Source of the DNA: Thecamonas trahens ATCC 50062
Taxonomy: Eukaryota > Protista > Apusomonadida
DNA length: 64,000 nucleotides
Assembly: GCF_000142905.1 (NCBI RefSeq)
Contig: NW_013657654.1
Location: forward strand, 1-64,000
Direction of reading: 5' to 3'
The notes under the pieces were generated by a model, which made no database searches, was not told the origin of the DNA, and saw nothing but the letters and a program-made list of their open reading frames with translations. Shown here in pieces: positions 10,130-20,494 of the stretch. A program made the translations under genes and the position numbers. The first letter of the stretch is position 1; each line of letters begins with the position of its first letter.

Positions 10130-12171
10130 ATGAACTCGAGTACCTTCTCCCTCGCCACAAGCACCCTTGCCGGCTCCGTCGCCGCCCATCGACGGGCGCA
10201 GGCAACGACGACTCGACATGGTCCTGGAACAACTTTGGCGAGTCGGGCTTCGAGTCCGGCTTTGTTGATGCCGGTGCCGACGACGACTCGGCTTCTGCTC
10301 AGCTCGCACCGCCCAAGAATGACGGTGTCCTTGTTCTCATCGATTGCTCGCCATCGATGATGGTGCCAGTCGAGAACACCCGGCCGAAGACCGAAGACGA
10401 CGACAGCGACGACGGCGATGACGACGACCTCAACGAGCCCGAGTCCGGCTACCGCCTTGCGCTCCGCGTCGCCAAGTACGTCATCCGCGACAAGATGATC
10501 TCTTCACCATCGAGCGTCATTGGCGTGTGTCTCTACGGCACTGCCGAGACCCGCAACTCGGCTGGATACTCTGGCATCTACATGCTCATCGACATGGACT
10601 TTCCGGACGTCTCCATGATCGAAAAGCTGGAGGACGAGTTGGCCAAGGACCCTTCAGAGCCGTTTGCCTACGGCCACTGGGAGCCTCCCGCAGGAACCAA
10701 CAATCAGTTCCCGTTCGAGACAGCGCTGTGCGCTTGCAACGAGCGCTACCAAAAGGTGACTCGGACCCGCCTCGGCGGCAAGCGTATCTGGCTCTTCACC
10801 AACAACGACAACCCAAACCCGACAGACCTTGCCCTCCGCCGCATGGCCCAGACTCGCGCCGAAGACCTGCTCCAGCTCAACATCGCCATCGAGCTCTTCG
10901 CCGTCGAGCCGCCACCGGTCCTCGCCCGCACCCCGTTTGACGTTCACAAGTTCTTCCTCAAGATCATCGCCGTCGACGAAGACTCTGACACCGGCGTTCC
11001 CGACTTCTCTGCCATGTCGCAGTTTTCCGAGATGCGCTCCTACTGCCGCCGCCGCATGCACCACAAGCGCGCCGCTGCCATTGTGCCATGGACCCTGTTT
11101 GACGGCGTCCAGGTCGGCGTCGAGATCTTCAACAACATCCAGCGTGAGAAGAAGACTCCTCATGTATGGCTCGATGCAGAGACCAACGAGCCGGTTCAGT
11201 CGCACCGCTCGTGGATCTGTGCCACCACCGGCGCCGAGCTCCAGCAGTCCCGCATCGCCACGGAGTACCGCTTCGGCGACCGCATGGTGCCCATCGCCCG
11301 CGACGAGATCAAGGCCATCAAAGCCTCCTTTGGCGAGCCCTCACTCACACTCATGGGATTTAAGCCGCGGTCCGCGCTCGCAAAGCACCACAACCTCCGC
11401 ACCGCGCAGTTTGTCTATCCCCACGAGAAGAACATCTCCGGCTCAACCCGCGCATTTGCCGCTCTCCACGACCGCATGATTGCCAAAGACAAGATCGCCA
11501 TCTGCCGCCTCATCACCCAGGCCGGCGGCGAGCCCCGCTTTGTTGCCCTCCTCCCGCAGCCCGAGGTTCGCAATCCCGAGACCCGCGTCATGATTCAAGG
11601 CCCGGGCATGCATCTCGTCACCCTGCCGTACGCCGACGACATCCGTGACCTCGCCATCTCAGGTCGTGACCTGCCGCCGCCCACAGCCCAGCAAGTCAAC
11701 GCCGCAAAGGCCGTCGTCACCAGCATCGACCTCGAGGAGTTTGACACCGACGCCTTTGCCGACCCTGCCATCCAGCGCCACCTCACTGCGCTCGAGTCCA
11801 TGGCCCTCCAGCGCGACGACGTTGGCGAGGTCGAGGACGCCGTCATGCCCGACGAGGAGGCCATGGCCGACTTTGCCGAAGAGATCAATGGCTTTGCTGC
11901 CGCGGTCTACCCTCCGGACTACGTCCCGCCCACAAAGGCTGTTCCCAGCCGTAAGCGCAAGGCCACTTCCTCAGCCGCCGGCCCCGCCGCAAAGCGCTCC
12001 AAGCCCGCGCAGCCGCTCGACTGGCTCACGCTCGCCAACCAGGGCAAGCTGGGCAAGGCCACCGTCGCCACCCTCCGCGACTACCTCAACTCCGAGGGGA
12101 TCGCCATTCCGGCACGCGCCAAGAAGGCGGACCTCATTTCCCTGGTCAAGGTTCATCTCGGCGTCGCTTGA
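10130..12171 (+). CDS. XRCC6: Ku70 (vWA, Ku core, C-terminal SAP domain); probable intron 10140-10201
   Basis: Motifs LIDCSPSM, IGVCLYGT, KRIWLFTNNDNP, LMGFKP, GSTRAFAAL, PRFVAL, LPYADDIR, DPAIQRH and a SAP-like TVATLRDYL..KKADLI. A GT..CAG intron joins ATG 10130 in frame. Confidence 0.93.
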
Positions 12172-12194
12172 GTCGGCGCCGCCTCTAAACTGCA

Positions 12195-13265
12195 TCACAG
12201 CGCAGACACCAGCGCGTCCGCCACAAAGCCCGACGCCACCAGCGCCCCATACTGCGAGTTGGCCCGGAACTTGGCCACGGCGTCAGTCGCCGAGTCCAAC
12301 TGGAGGCTCGCCACCTGCCACGCAAGGTGGGCCCCGCCGCCCACAACCGACAGCGCAAAGAACGGCGCGCCCAGCCCCGCCATCACCCCCGACACCGCGA
12401 GCAAGCCGGTGGACGCCGCCGCAAACGCGCCCAGGTATGCCCGCGGCGCATGCGCCGTCGCCAGCGCAGACGACTTGATCCCGACCTTGACATCGTCCTT
12501 CATGTCGGAACGCGCGTAGATTGTGTCGTACAGAAGCGTCCACGCCACTCCAGACCCGTACAGCGGCGCGAGAACCTCGAACGGCATGCCCAATGCGGAG
12601 CCCGACTGCGCGGCATACCCGAGCCACACGCCCCAGTTAAAGGTGAGGCCCAGAAAGAGCTGCGGCCAGTACGTGATCCGCTTCATGTATGGATATGCCA
12701 CTACAAGCCCAAGCGACGACGCCCCAAGCGCAATCGTCGACAAATCATACTGCGCGAGAATGCCGAGCCCGGCAAAGCCGTGCCCGACCACGTACGCCGC
12801 CGCCTGCCTGCGGGTCAGCTCGCCCGACGCCAGCGGACGGTCACGTGTCCGCTCTACGCTTCGATCCAGCTCGGCATCCCACATGTCGTTGACCACGCAA
12901 CCCGCCGAGCGCATGATGAGTGCACCTGCGCCAAACAGCGCCACGTTGCTCACCAGGGCCGGCAGCGCCTCCGGCAGGCCGTCCGCTGCCGCCGCAAGCG
13001 TCAGCGACCACGTACACGGCCACATCAGCAGCCATGTCCCAATCGGCCGATCTGCACGCGACAGTCGCAGGTACGGCTGCATCCACTTGGGGCTTTTGGC
13101 CACCCACGAGACCGCCGGTGGATCCAGCGCGTTGTACGCCACCCCGCGCCGGCAACGCGTCACGCACGCCGCCACCACCACCTGCCCGCCGCCTCGCCCG
13201 CCGCCCACCGCCGCAGCTCCCCATCCTGCCGACATCATCGGCACACGCCGAGCCACTCCCAGCAT
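12195..13265 (-). CDS. COQ2: 4-hydroxybenzoate polyprenyltransferase (UbiA family), mitochondrial
   Basis: Motifs PYLRLSRADRPIGTWLL, NDMWDAELDRSVERTRDRPLASG, YPYMKRITYWPQ and YDTIYA..D..DD. Confidence 0.95.
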   Translation of the reverse strand: MLGVARRVPMMSAGWGAAAVGGGRGGGQVVVAACVTRCRRGVAYNALDPPAVSWVAKSPKWMQPYLRLSRADRPIGTWLLMWPCTWSLTLAAAADGLPEALPALVSNVALFGAGALIMRSAGCVVNDMWDAELDRSVERTRDRPLASGELTRRQAAAYVVGHGFAGLGILAQYDLSTIALGASSLGLVVAYPYMKRITYWPQLFLGLTFNWGVWLGYAAQSGSALGMPFEVLAPLYGSGVAWTLLYDTIYARSDMKDDVKVGIKSSALATAHAPRAYLGAFAAASTGLLAVSGVMAGLGAPFFALSVVGGGAHLAWQVASLQLDSATDAVAKFRANSQYGALVASGFVADALVSAL

Positions 13266-13418
13266 GTCACTACTCCTCGCGCCACTTCCTGCTGTGTGTT
13301 GCCCTCCCTAGAAACGCTGACCTCCACGCTCGTCGCCGCGTCGCTCAGCGAGTCGAGTGCCACGCTGCCGTCGTCCACGCCAGCCGCTGCCGTAGCCACT
13401 CACGCAGAGTCTCGGGCC

Positions 13419-15619
13419 ATGCACCTCACCCGTCTCCGCTTTGCCCAGGCCTCTCTCTCAGCCATGTCTACCACAGACATTACTGTCCGTGGTGAGACGG
13501 CCGTCATCGACGTCTCGCGCTATCCGCACACTCGGGTCGACTCGCTCCTCTCGCGCTACTTTCCACGCCTCTTCCCCACACGCAAGGAGGCGGCAAAGGC
13601 GATCTCTGCTGGTCGGCTTCGAATGGGTGTCGGGATGTACGAGGAGACTGCCGGAGAGTGCGTGGCTAATGGTGGATTGGAAGCGCCCGAGGCCGGCTGG
13701 CTGGCGCTGGCACTTGACCCCATCGCCAAAGCCGTCCTCGCCACGGCTGTTGTCCACGACGACGATGGTCGCAAGCTGCTGCAGCGGACCGTCACTGTTC
13801 CCGACTCTGCTGAAGGCGGCATCAAGATCATCAACGCCGCCCTCGCGTGGTTTGCTGACATGGGCCTTTCTGGCCGCAAGCCTGTCCGCCGGCTCATCGG
13901 TGCCCGCGCCTTTGCCGTCGACGACGTCACCGTGGCGACCAACGTCTTTGTTGCCGCCGGCTCGCGCCTCACGCTCCGCCTTCCGATGCAGCCGCTCGCG
14001 CAACTCCGCTCGTCGATCGCCGCCACCATGGCTGTGGTTGTCGTCTACGAAGACAGCGTCATGGCGGTGGTGGCCAAGCCAGTCGGACTCTCGCCAGAGG
14101 CTCGCGGCCGGACCCCGAGCCTCCGTGGCCTCCTCCCGCAACTCTTTCCTCCCCATCTCCTCCCGCCACACCTCATGCCTGCTGACCCGATGCCGGTACC
14201 GCGGCTGGCAAGCATGCTTGACAAGCATGTCTCGGGCCTTATGGTTGTTGTCAAGTCGCGCTCGGTCCAAGACTCGTGGGGCATCGGAACGTACACTGCG
14301 TGCCGCGCTGGCGGCTCGACCATCGTCACCGGGTGGGAGGCGCTTGTTGTCGGCGAGCTTGGCGACGTCGGCCAAGTGCTCTGCCTTGGCACCACCTACC
14401 CAAATAACGACCGCTGGTCGCAGATCGAGCCGGAGATGACTGTCGTCCCGGTGGCGTGCGAGGTCGGCGTGCCTGATGTCGTCGACGGCGCCACGCCTGG
14501 CCTCTGCTGCGGCGACCATGCTACCACCGTCCATGTCGCCGTTGTGGCACGCGGAAGCTCGAACAATCTCGAGTCCATTTCACGAGTCCGCGCCGTTGTT
14601 GTCCGCGACGGAGGCGCCATTCGCGCCGTCCCTCGCCTGCTCCGGGATGCAGGCACCCGGTCATCGGCTGCGGCAAGGGCATGTACCAGTCTCGGACGAG
14701 AACATCATTCGTCCACGCCGGCGAGCTGGCGCTGGTCCATCCAGTGCACGGCACAACGCTGTACGTGCAGACCCCGGTCGATGCGAGGTTCGAGACCAAG
14801 CTCGCGCGTGAAGCCAGCTTTCACTCGATCAAGGCTGCTGCCAAGGAGGCTGCTATTGCTGCAGCTATTGCTGAGCCAGACTCCAAGTGGACTGAAGACG
14901 ACCGCGAGGCGATGCAGCGGCTGCCGATTCCGTACTTGCTGGGCAAAGCCCGGTTTGCTGGCCTCGAGTTTACTGTCACCAACGACGTTCTCGTCCCGCG
15001 AGTCTCGTCCGAGCCGCTGGTCGATGCTGCCGTGGCGGCGCTAGCCGCACGCCAGCTACCGGTCACAGTGGTAGATCTTGGCACCGGATCGGGCTGCCTG
15101 ATTGTGGCGGTGATGGCCAAGCTCTTTGCTGCCGGCGTCGCAGTCGACGCGGTCCGCGGCGTTGGTGTCGACATCTCGCCGCAGGCTCTGGCTGTGGCAC
15201 GGCAGAATGCGTTGGCACTGCTGCCAGGCGAAGCTGACATCACGTTTGTAGAAGGCGACTTTGCAGCGCTTGACGTCCTCGGCCTGACTGGCGTTGATGT
15301 AGTGGTGTGCAACCCGCCGTACCTTGCATCGCGGGCGCCGACCGCCTACGATGCCGCGAGCACGCTCGTCGCCGAGCCGGAGATTGCGGTGGTGGCTAGC
15401 GAGGCCGGGCGGGGCGCATACCTCGCCCTCGCCGCCGCCTTTCAGCGCACGCCGGACTTTCTTGCCCGCACTATTCCTGGCGAGCTTGTGCTTGAGGTTG
15501 GCGGCCACCACCGGAACGAGAGCATCGCGGCCGAGTTTGCGCCTCAGTTTGAGGTTGTCGACGAGCTTGTGACGCCTCAGGGAGCGGCGCGCGGGCTGCG
15601 GCTGCGGGTATGCATCTAA
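13419..15619 (+). CDS. RluA-family pseudouridine synthase (with S4-like N-terminus) fused to a PrmC/HemK methyltransferase; one-base frameshift at ~14652-14654
   Basis: RluA motifs VYEDSVMAVVAKPVGL, LDKHVSG, G|HPVIG (split by the shift) and VHAGELALVHP. HemK motifs PIPYLLG, VLVPR, DLGTGSGC and NPPY. Confidence 0.8.
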
Positions 15620-15671
15620 CTCGTCGCCCGCCAGCTGGCCGATGTGTTTCATTTGAGAGGCTCCTCAAAGG

Positions 15672-17253
15672 TTATGCTGCGGTCTCTGGGACGACATCCA
15701 TGTCAGTGGGCGAAGTGTCGGCTGGCGGAGCAGGCGCCGAAGAGGGCGCGGCGACGTCCATGGGCTCAGGCGTCGGGTTGGCGGCGGGAGTGGTGGACGC
15801 GGCAGGAGTCGCCGAAGCAGCAACGACAGGCAGGGTGGGTGACGGGGCGGTCGACACCGATGCCGACGCCGACGCGGCCTTGGCCTCCACAAACGAAGCC
15901 TGCATGGCCTTGAGGCGCTCGGCGTTCTCGCGGAGCGCGTCTGCGTCGAGGTTGCGTGAACGCTTGCGCTTGCCCATGAGGCGAATGGCCTCAAACGACG
16001 GGTCGTTCTGCCCGTAGGCGAGCGAAGTCTGCCACGAGCGAGCGCACTGCATCATGGGCGACGACTGGTTGAAGAGGGCGCGGACGGCGCGGGTAAAGGT
16101 GACGTCGCTCGGGTAGCTCTTGGCGTCGGTGCCGACAGACTCGGGCACGCCCTCTGGCATGAGCTTGAGCAAGCGCACACGATCGCGAGCCTTGAGCCGC
16201 ATAAACGCTTCATAGTTAAGGACTCGCGAGAGATCGGCGCCCACCAACAGCGACGACGACGAGGTCAACATCTCGTCAATCTCTTCGCGGTTCATCTTGC
16301 GCAGCTGTTGCGAGAGCGGAATAGACGACTTGCCGGCCATCGTCGGCTTGACATGCTGCGGGCCACGGTCCTTGGCCGCCGAGACCTTGGGCGGCTTGAG
16401 CTTCTGCTTGTCCGCGAGATGCACGTACCGCTTCGCCATCTCCTCAGCAATCTCGGCGGCGCGCTCCGGCTCGGACCGCACCGCGTGCGACCGCGACGGA
16501 AGCGACGCAAACCGAAACGAGACCCTCAGCGAGCGATCCACAAAGTGCGGCGCGTCATCGTTGTCCACAATCTGCTGGTAATGGATCGCGGCCTTGGTCG
16601 GATGCCGCGCCGTCGCCGCCTCGCGCCCGAGCACCGGCAGCGACGCCAGCGTCTCCTTGGAAAGCTGCCACGCCGAGGCCACAAGCTCAAAGCACGGCGA
16701 CGAGCCGAGCTCGCCCAACACAAGTGCCCGCAGCTCGGCCGCGTTGAGATCACGCGGCAGATGCCGCTTGCGCAAATTGCGCACGTCCTCCACAATGTTG
16801 TCAAACAGCAAGCCCTGGGCGCATCAAGCGGAAACGGGGGGGGGGGGGGGGGGTAGAAGGAAAGAGGGTGAGTGTCGGCATTGCCTTGATCAACAGACAT
16901 ATATACGCGCATATATATATATATATATATGTATGTACATGGAAGCGAGCAGCAAGCAGGGGAGGGGCGGGGGAGGGGAGGTGGACACGTACTCGGCAGC
17001 CGTGCTTGACAAAGACCGAGAGCAGCATGGACCGGACGCCCGTGGTCCGGGTATGCGGCTCGGTGGCCTGCGGCGGGAGCGCAGGCACAGCCGGTGTCAC
17101 CGGGAGTGTGGCACCTGCTCCCGGCTTGATGTCTGCCTCTGTAGACGTCTCCATACCCACCACAGCGGGCCCAGTCCCAGGCGCTGCCGGTGGCGTAGCA
17201 GCCACGGGCGCAGCAGTGGCTGGAACGACCTCTACCTCCATGGGTGCTGCCAT
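15672..17253 (-). CDS. ASXL/NFRKB-like chromatin protein with a DEUBAD (ASXH) domain; intron 16815-16992
   Basis: MLTSSSSLLVGADLSRVLNYEAFMRL..DRVRLLKLMP resembles the DEUBAD consensus. Exon 1 (87 codons) splices in frame via GTACGT..CCCAG. The N-terminal region is winged-helix-like. Confidence 0.65.
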
Positions 17254-18638
17254 GGCGAGAACCGTGTCTATTGCTATGTGGGGAGGGAGAGAGGGAAAGG
17301 TAGGGGTGAGGGCGCCGTGGGGAAGTAGGTAGTACGGAGGCGCCGACGAGTGTGTGGCGTTGTGGCCAGGCTGGCTGGAGGTGGTCCCAGCTCGGCGACA
17401 GCGCTAGCTGGCTCGCTACCTCGCTCGCTGGGCAGGCGGCTGGCGGCTGACGGCTGGCCGTGGTCGAATGAGAGAATCATGATTCTGTCGAATCGGCCAT
17501 TGTTCACGATCCACCGGCCAAGCGCGGCACGTCGAAGCCGTAGTAACTCCTCTCCGGACTTCCTCCCTCCCCCCTCCTTCCTCTCGCCCCATTTGCTTCG
17601 TCAGTCTCCCCTGCAAGCCACCCGCCACCTCAGCATCTGCTGGGAACTCGGCCGGCTTCTATGGAGGCTCCGTCAGCAATGGCGCTCGAGTCGCCGCGCT
17701 TGGGCTATCCCACTGCGCCCTCCATCCCAATTACCATTCCCACTCTCAACCTGACCGGCTCGTCCTTCCCGCGCCCCTCGCGCCCAGACCCTGTCCAGGA
17801 CCACCGGCGTCCGGCAGCGTTCTCCCCGCCGTCCTCGGCCGGCTCTTTCCCTACGCTCCCTCTCAAGAGCACCGTGGTACGCTCCCTGTTCCTTCCCCCC
17901 TCCCAGCTGGCTCCTCCTGTCCTCAGCCTAGTCGCCTGGCTATTATTGGACGTCGCGATGACGCGGTCACGCGCAAGCCAGCCTCCCCCCCCCCCCTTCC
18001 CCCCCAACTCCTGAAGGCCCTAGTCTGCTTCGGCTGTCCTGCCTGGGCCCAAGGCTAGCGCAAGGGGATACCACCTGTGCTAGGCAAAGGAATAACCTGT
18101 AGGCACTTGTCCCCTTCCTGCTGCACGCCTTGTACTCCTGCTCCACCGCCGCCCCCCTGCAATGTCGCCATCGAAGGCAATGTCTCATTGGCGCCGTTTG
18201 GCCGTTTCTACCTCGGTTGGCCCTGAGCCTCGCTTCGCCTGAGCACCAGCGAGGCATGGAATCCAGCCGCGAGCGGGTTACGCTTGCTCCAAGTGCTCGT
18301 CATTGTGCACCATGGTGGCCGGTGGTAGTATCTACTGCCTCTCGTCCTCGCGGAGCTTCTACAGGAGCTCTACCGCCTGGTGTCAAGGCTGCAAGCGCCG
18401 GCTCGGTGGCGGCGTGTCGCTCTTTGTGTTTTTTTTTTGCTTCTGGCGAACGTTTTTCGCCACCAGCAGCGACCTTCCTCCCCCCTAAGGTAGCCGACCG
18501 GGGCGTGGGTGCAAGGAGAGTGCGAGAGCGAGAGCACACGCCACACGCCACTCACCCTCTCCGAAACTTTGCGGACACGTGTGAACGTAGGCGTCGTCGT
18601 CTTCCGAGTCTGTTTCGCCTGTGAGCAACCTGCGGTCA

Positions 18639-19361
18639 ATGCTGCAAGGTAGTCTGGGCATGGCGTCGGGAGGCTCCGCCCGTCTCATGGGCTGCCCGCC
18701 GCCGCCCACGCCTGCGTCGACGCCGCGGTCGCTCCGCGGTGGCGTTGGCACCTCGCCGTCGGAGATGTACGCGGCGTACGCGGCCGGCAACGCCCGCAGC
18801 GAGGCCGAAGGCGACGGCGACGGGTCGGGCGACTACTCGTCGGACACCGAGTCGTTCGGCGCGTCTGGCCCGCTTGAGTGCGTCGGCGTCCTTGAGATGG
18901 ACCAGGAGGAGGCTTCGCCGATGGTGTCGGCGACAGTCATCCGGTCCGGGCGCCGCCCGGGCATGCCCACGGCGTCGCTTGTCGACGTCTTTCCACCGAC
19001 CGAGCCGCTCTTCCGCGGCTACGTCGGCAAGCGCGGGACTTGTGGCGAGCCCGAAATCCAGGTCCTTGGCGACGGCTTTGCTGCCCGCGCCCGGACCCGC
19101 AAGCGCCGGTCAGACTCGGACGGCAACGATGACGACTACGGCCCGCAGACCTCGCCGAACGCCCCGTACTCGGTCCCGCCCTCCATTTCATCCTCGCCCT
19201 CGGGCCTCTTCATTGCTGGCCAGGGCCAGTCCTCGCGTCGCTCATCGCACTCGACTTCGCCCTCGCCCATGCCGGGCGCCTACGGCTCGCCCGTCGTCGC
19301 CATGCACGCGTTTGCCGCCATCCCGGCTCGCGCCTCCAAGAAGAAGCGCGGTCTCAACTGA
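18639..19361 (+). CDS. Hypothetical Ser/Pro-rich disordered protein with basic NLS-like ends
   Basis: ORF with host-like GC3 codon bias; RKRR and KKKR motifs; no recognisable domain. Confidence 0.55.
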   Translation: MLQGSLGMASGGSARLMGCPPPPTPASTPRSLRGGVGTSPSEMYAAYAAGNARSEAEGDGDGSGDYSSDTESFGASGPLECVGVLEMDQEEASPMVSATVIRSGRRPGMPTASLVDVFPPTEPLFRGYVGKRGTCGEPEIQVLGDGFAARARTRKRRSDSDGNDDDYGPQTSPNAPYSVPPSISSSPSGLFIAGQGQSSRRSSHSTSPSPMPGAYGSPVVAMHAFAAIPARASKKKRGLN

Positions 19362-20406
19362 CGCCACGCTATGCTCAGCCATGCTTAGCCGGGCTCTCTC
19401 CCACCTGGGCCAATAATGTAAAGATGGACCCAGATACTGAAACTCTATAGATGCGCTTTGAACACTACATGAGCACGTATGATGAAGACAGTTGTGTTTG
19501 CTGTGTTTGTTTGACCATCAGGAGCCCGATCGCAAGCCAACTGCGACCGGGTCTGTGTGCAATGCACAGCACGTGTGCACTTGCACGCCTGCGAATTGAG
19601 CCGGCACGGGGCTAACGCCGATGCTGGCCAGAGGCAGCAAGAGCGAATCGAGACTGGTCAAGCCTCGACATGGCTCCTTCTCATTGGCCACGGTGCCACT
19701 GCACGCAAGGTGGAGGTGTGAAAGACGGTGGGTGAGTGACCGCGCTGGCAATCGCCTGCGACAGCGGTATGAGAGGAGAGAGGGGAGGGGAGGATGGCAG
19801 ACTGTACGAGCTAATGGAGACGCAGGGCAGGTGGTGTTGCACAAGCGCACTATGATGCTCTATTCTATTGCTATGGGAGAGCCGTCGTAGCAAGACGGCA
19901 GCAGCAAGATGAGGACAATGTCAGCCAGCATTCTCATCATCATCACCATCGTCATCATTCCAAGGAACAACAACAACAACGACAACAACAAAAAATATAA
20001 AGCACACACACCGTCCTCTGCATGCAGGGGCGCAATGTCCAAGCCCCCCCCTGGACGACAGGAGAGAAAGACTCTCTCCCATCGGGGGGGTCCGGCACCC
20101 TTGCGAGGCGACCAGACCGGGAGTAAAGAAAGGGCCACCAAAACAACAGCCTCCACATCCCCGCTCCGTCTCCCCACATCACCTCCTCACACACGCACGC
20201 CTCCACAGCCCTCAAAGAAGGAACAGTAGCGGTCATAGTGTGGATAAAGTGGAGGGGTTGGGGGAGGGGAGGAGGGGAGGAGGGGCTGGTAGGTGATGCC
20301 GGGCTCTGGATGCTACCCACTCTCCGTGGGAGGGGAGGGGGAAGAAGGGATGAGGGATGACACGGGCGAGGGGGGAGGGGGGGGGAGCTGGGTACATACA
20401 GAGCAG

Positions 20407-20415
20407 GTGTGTGGG

Positions 20416-20447
<32 letters not shown>

Positions 20448-20468
20448 CGTGTGCGTGAGAGAGAGTGA
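20407..20468. repeat. Imperfect (GT)n(GA)n microsatellite
   Basis: Directly visible. Confidence 0.85.
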
Positions 20469-20494
20469 GTGGGTGAGCTAGGTTGGTAGGTTGT

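Noticed and set aside
12327-13418. First 364 aa of the 905-aa ORF
   Set aside because: It is mostly antisense to COQ2; homology-like sequence starts near ATG 13419.
19479-19520. Possible C/D snoRNA (ATGATGA box C)
   Set aside because: There is no properly placed CTGA box D or terminal stem.
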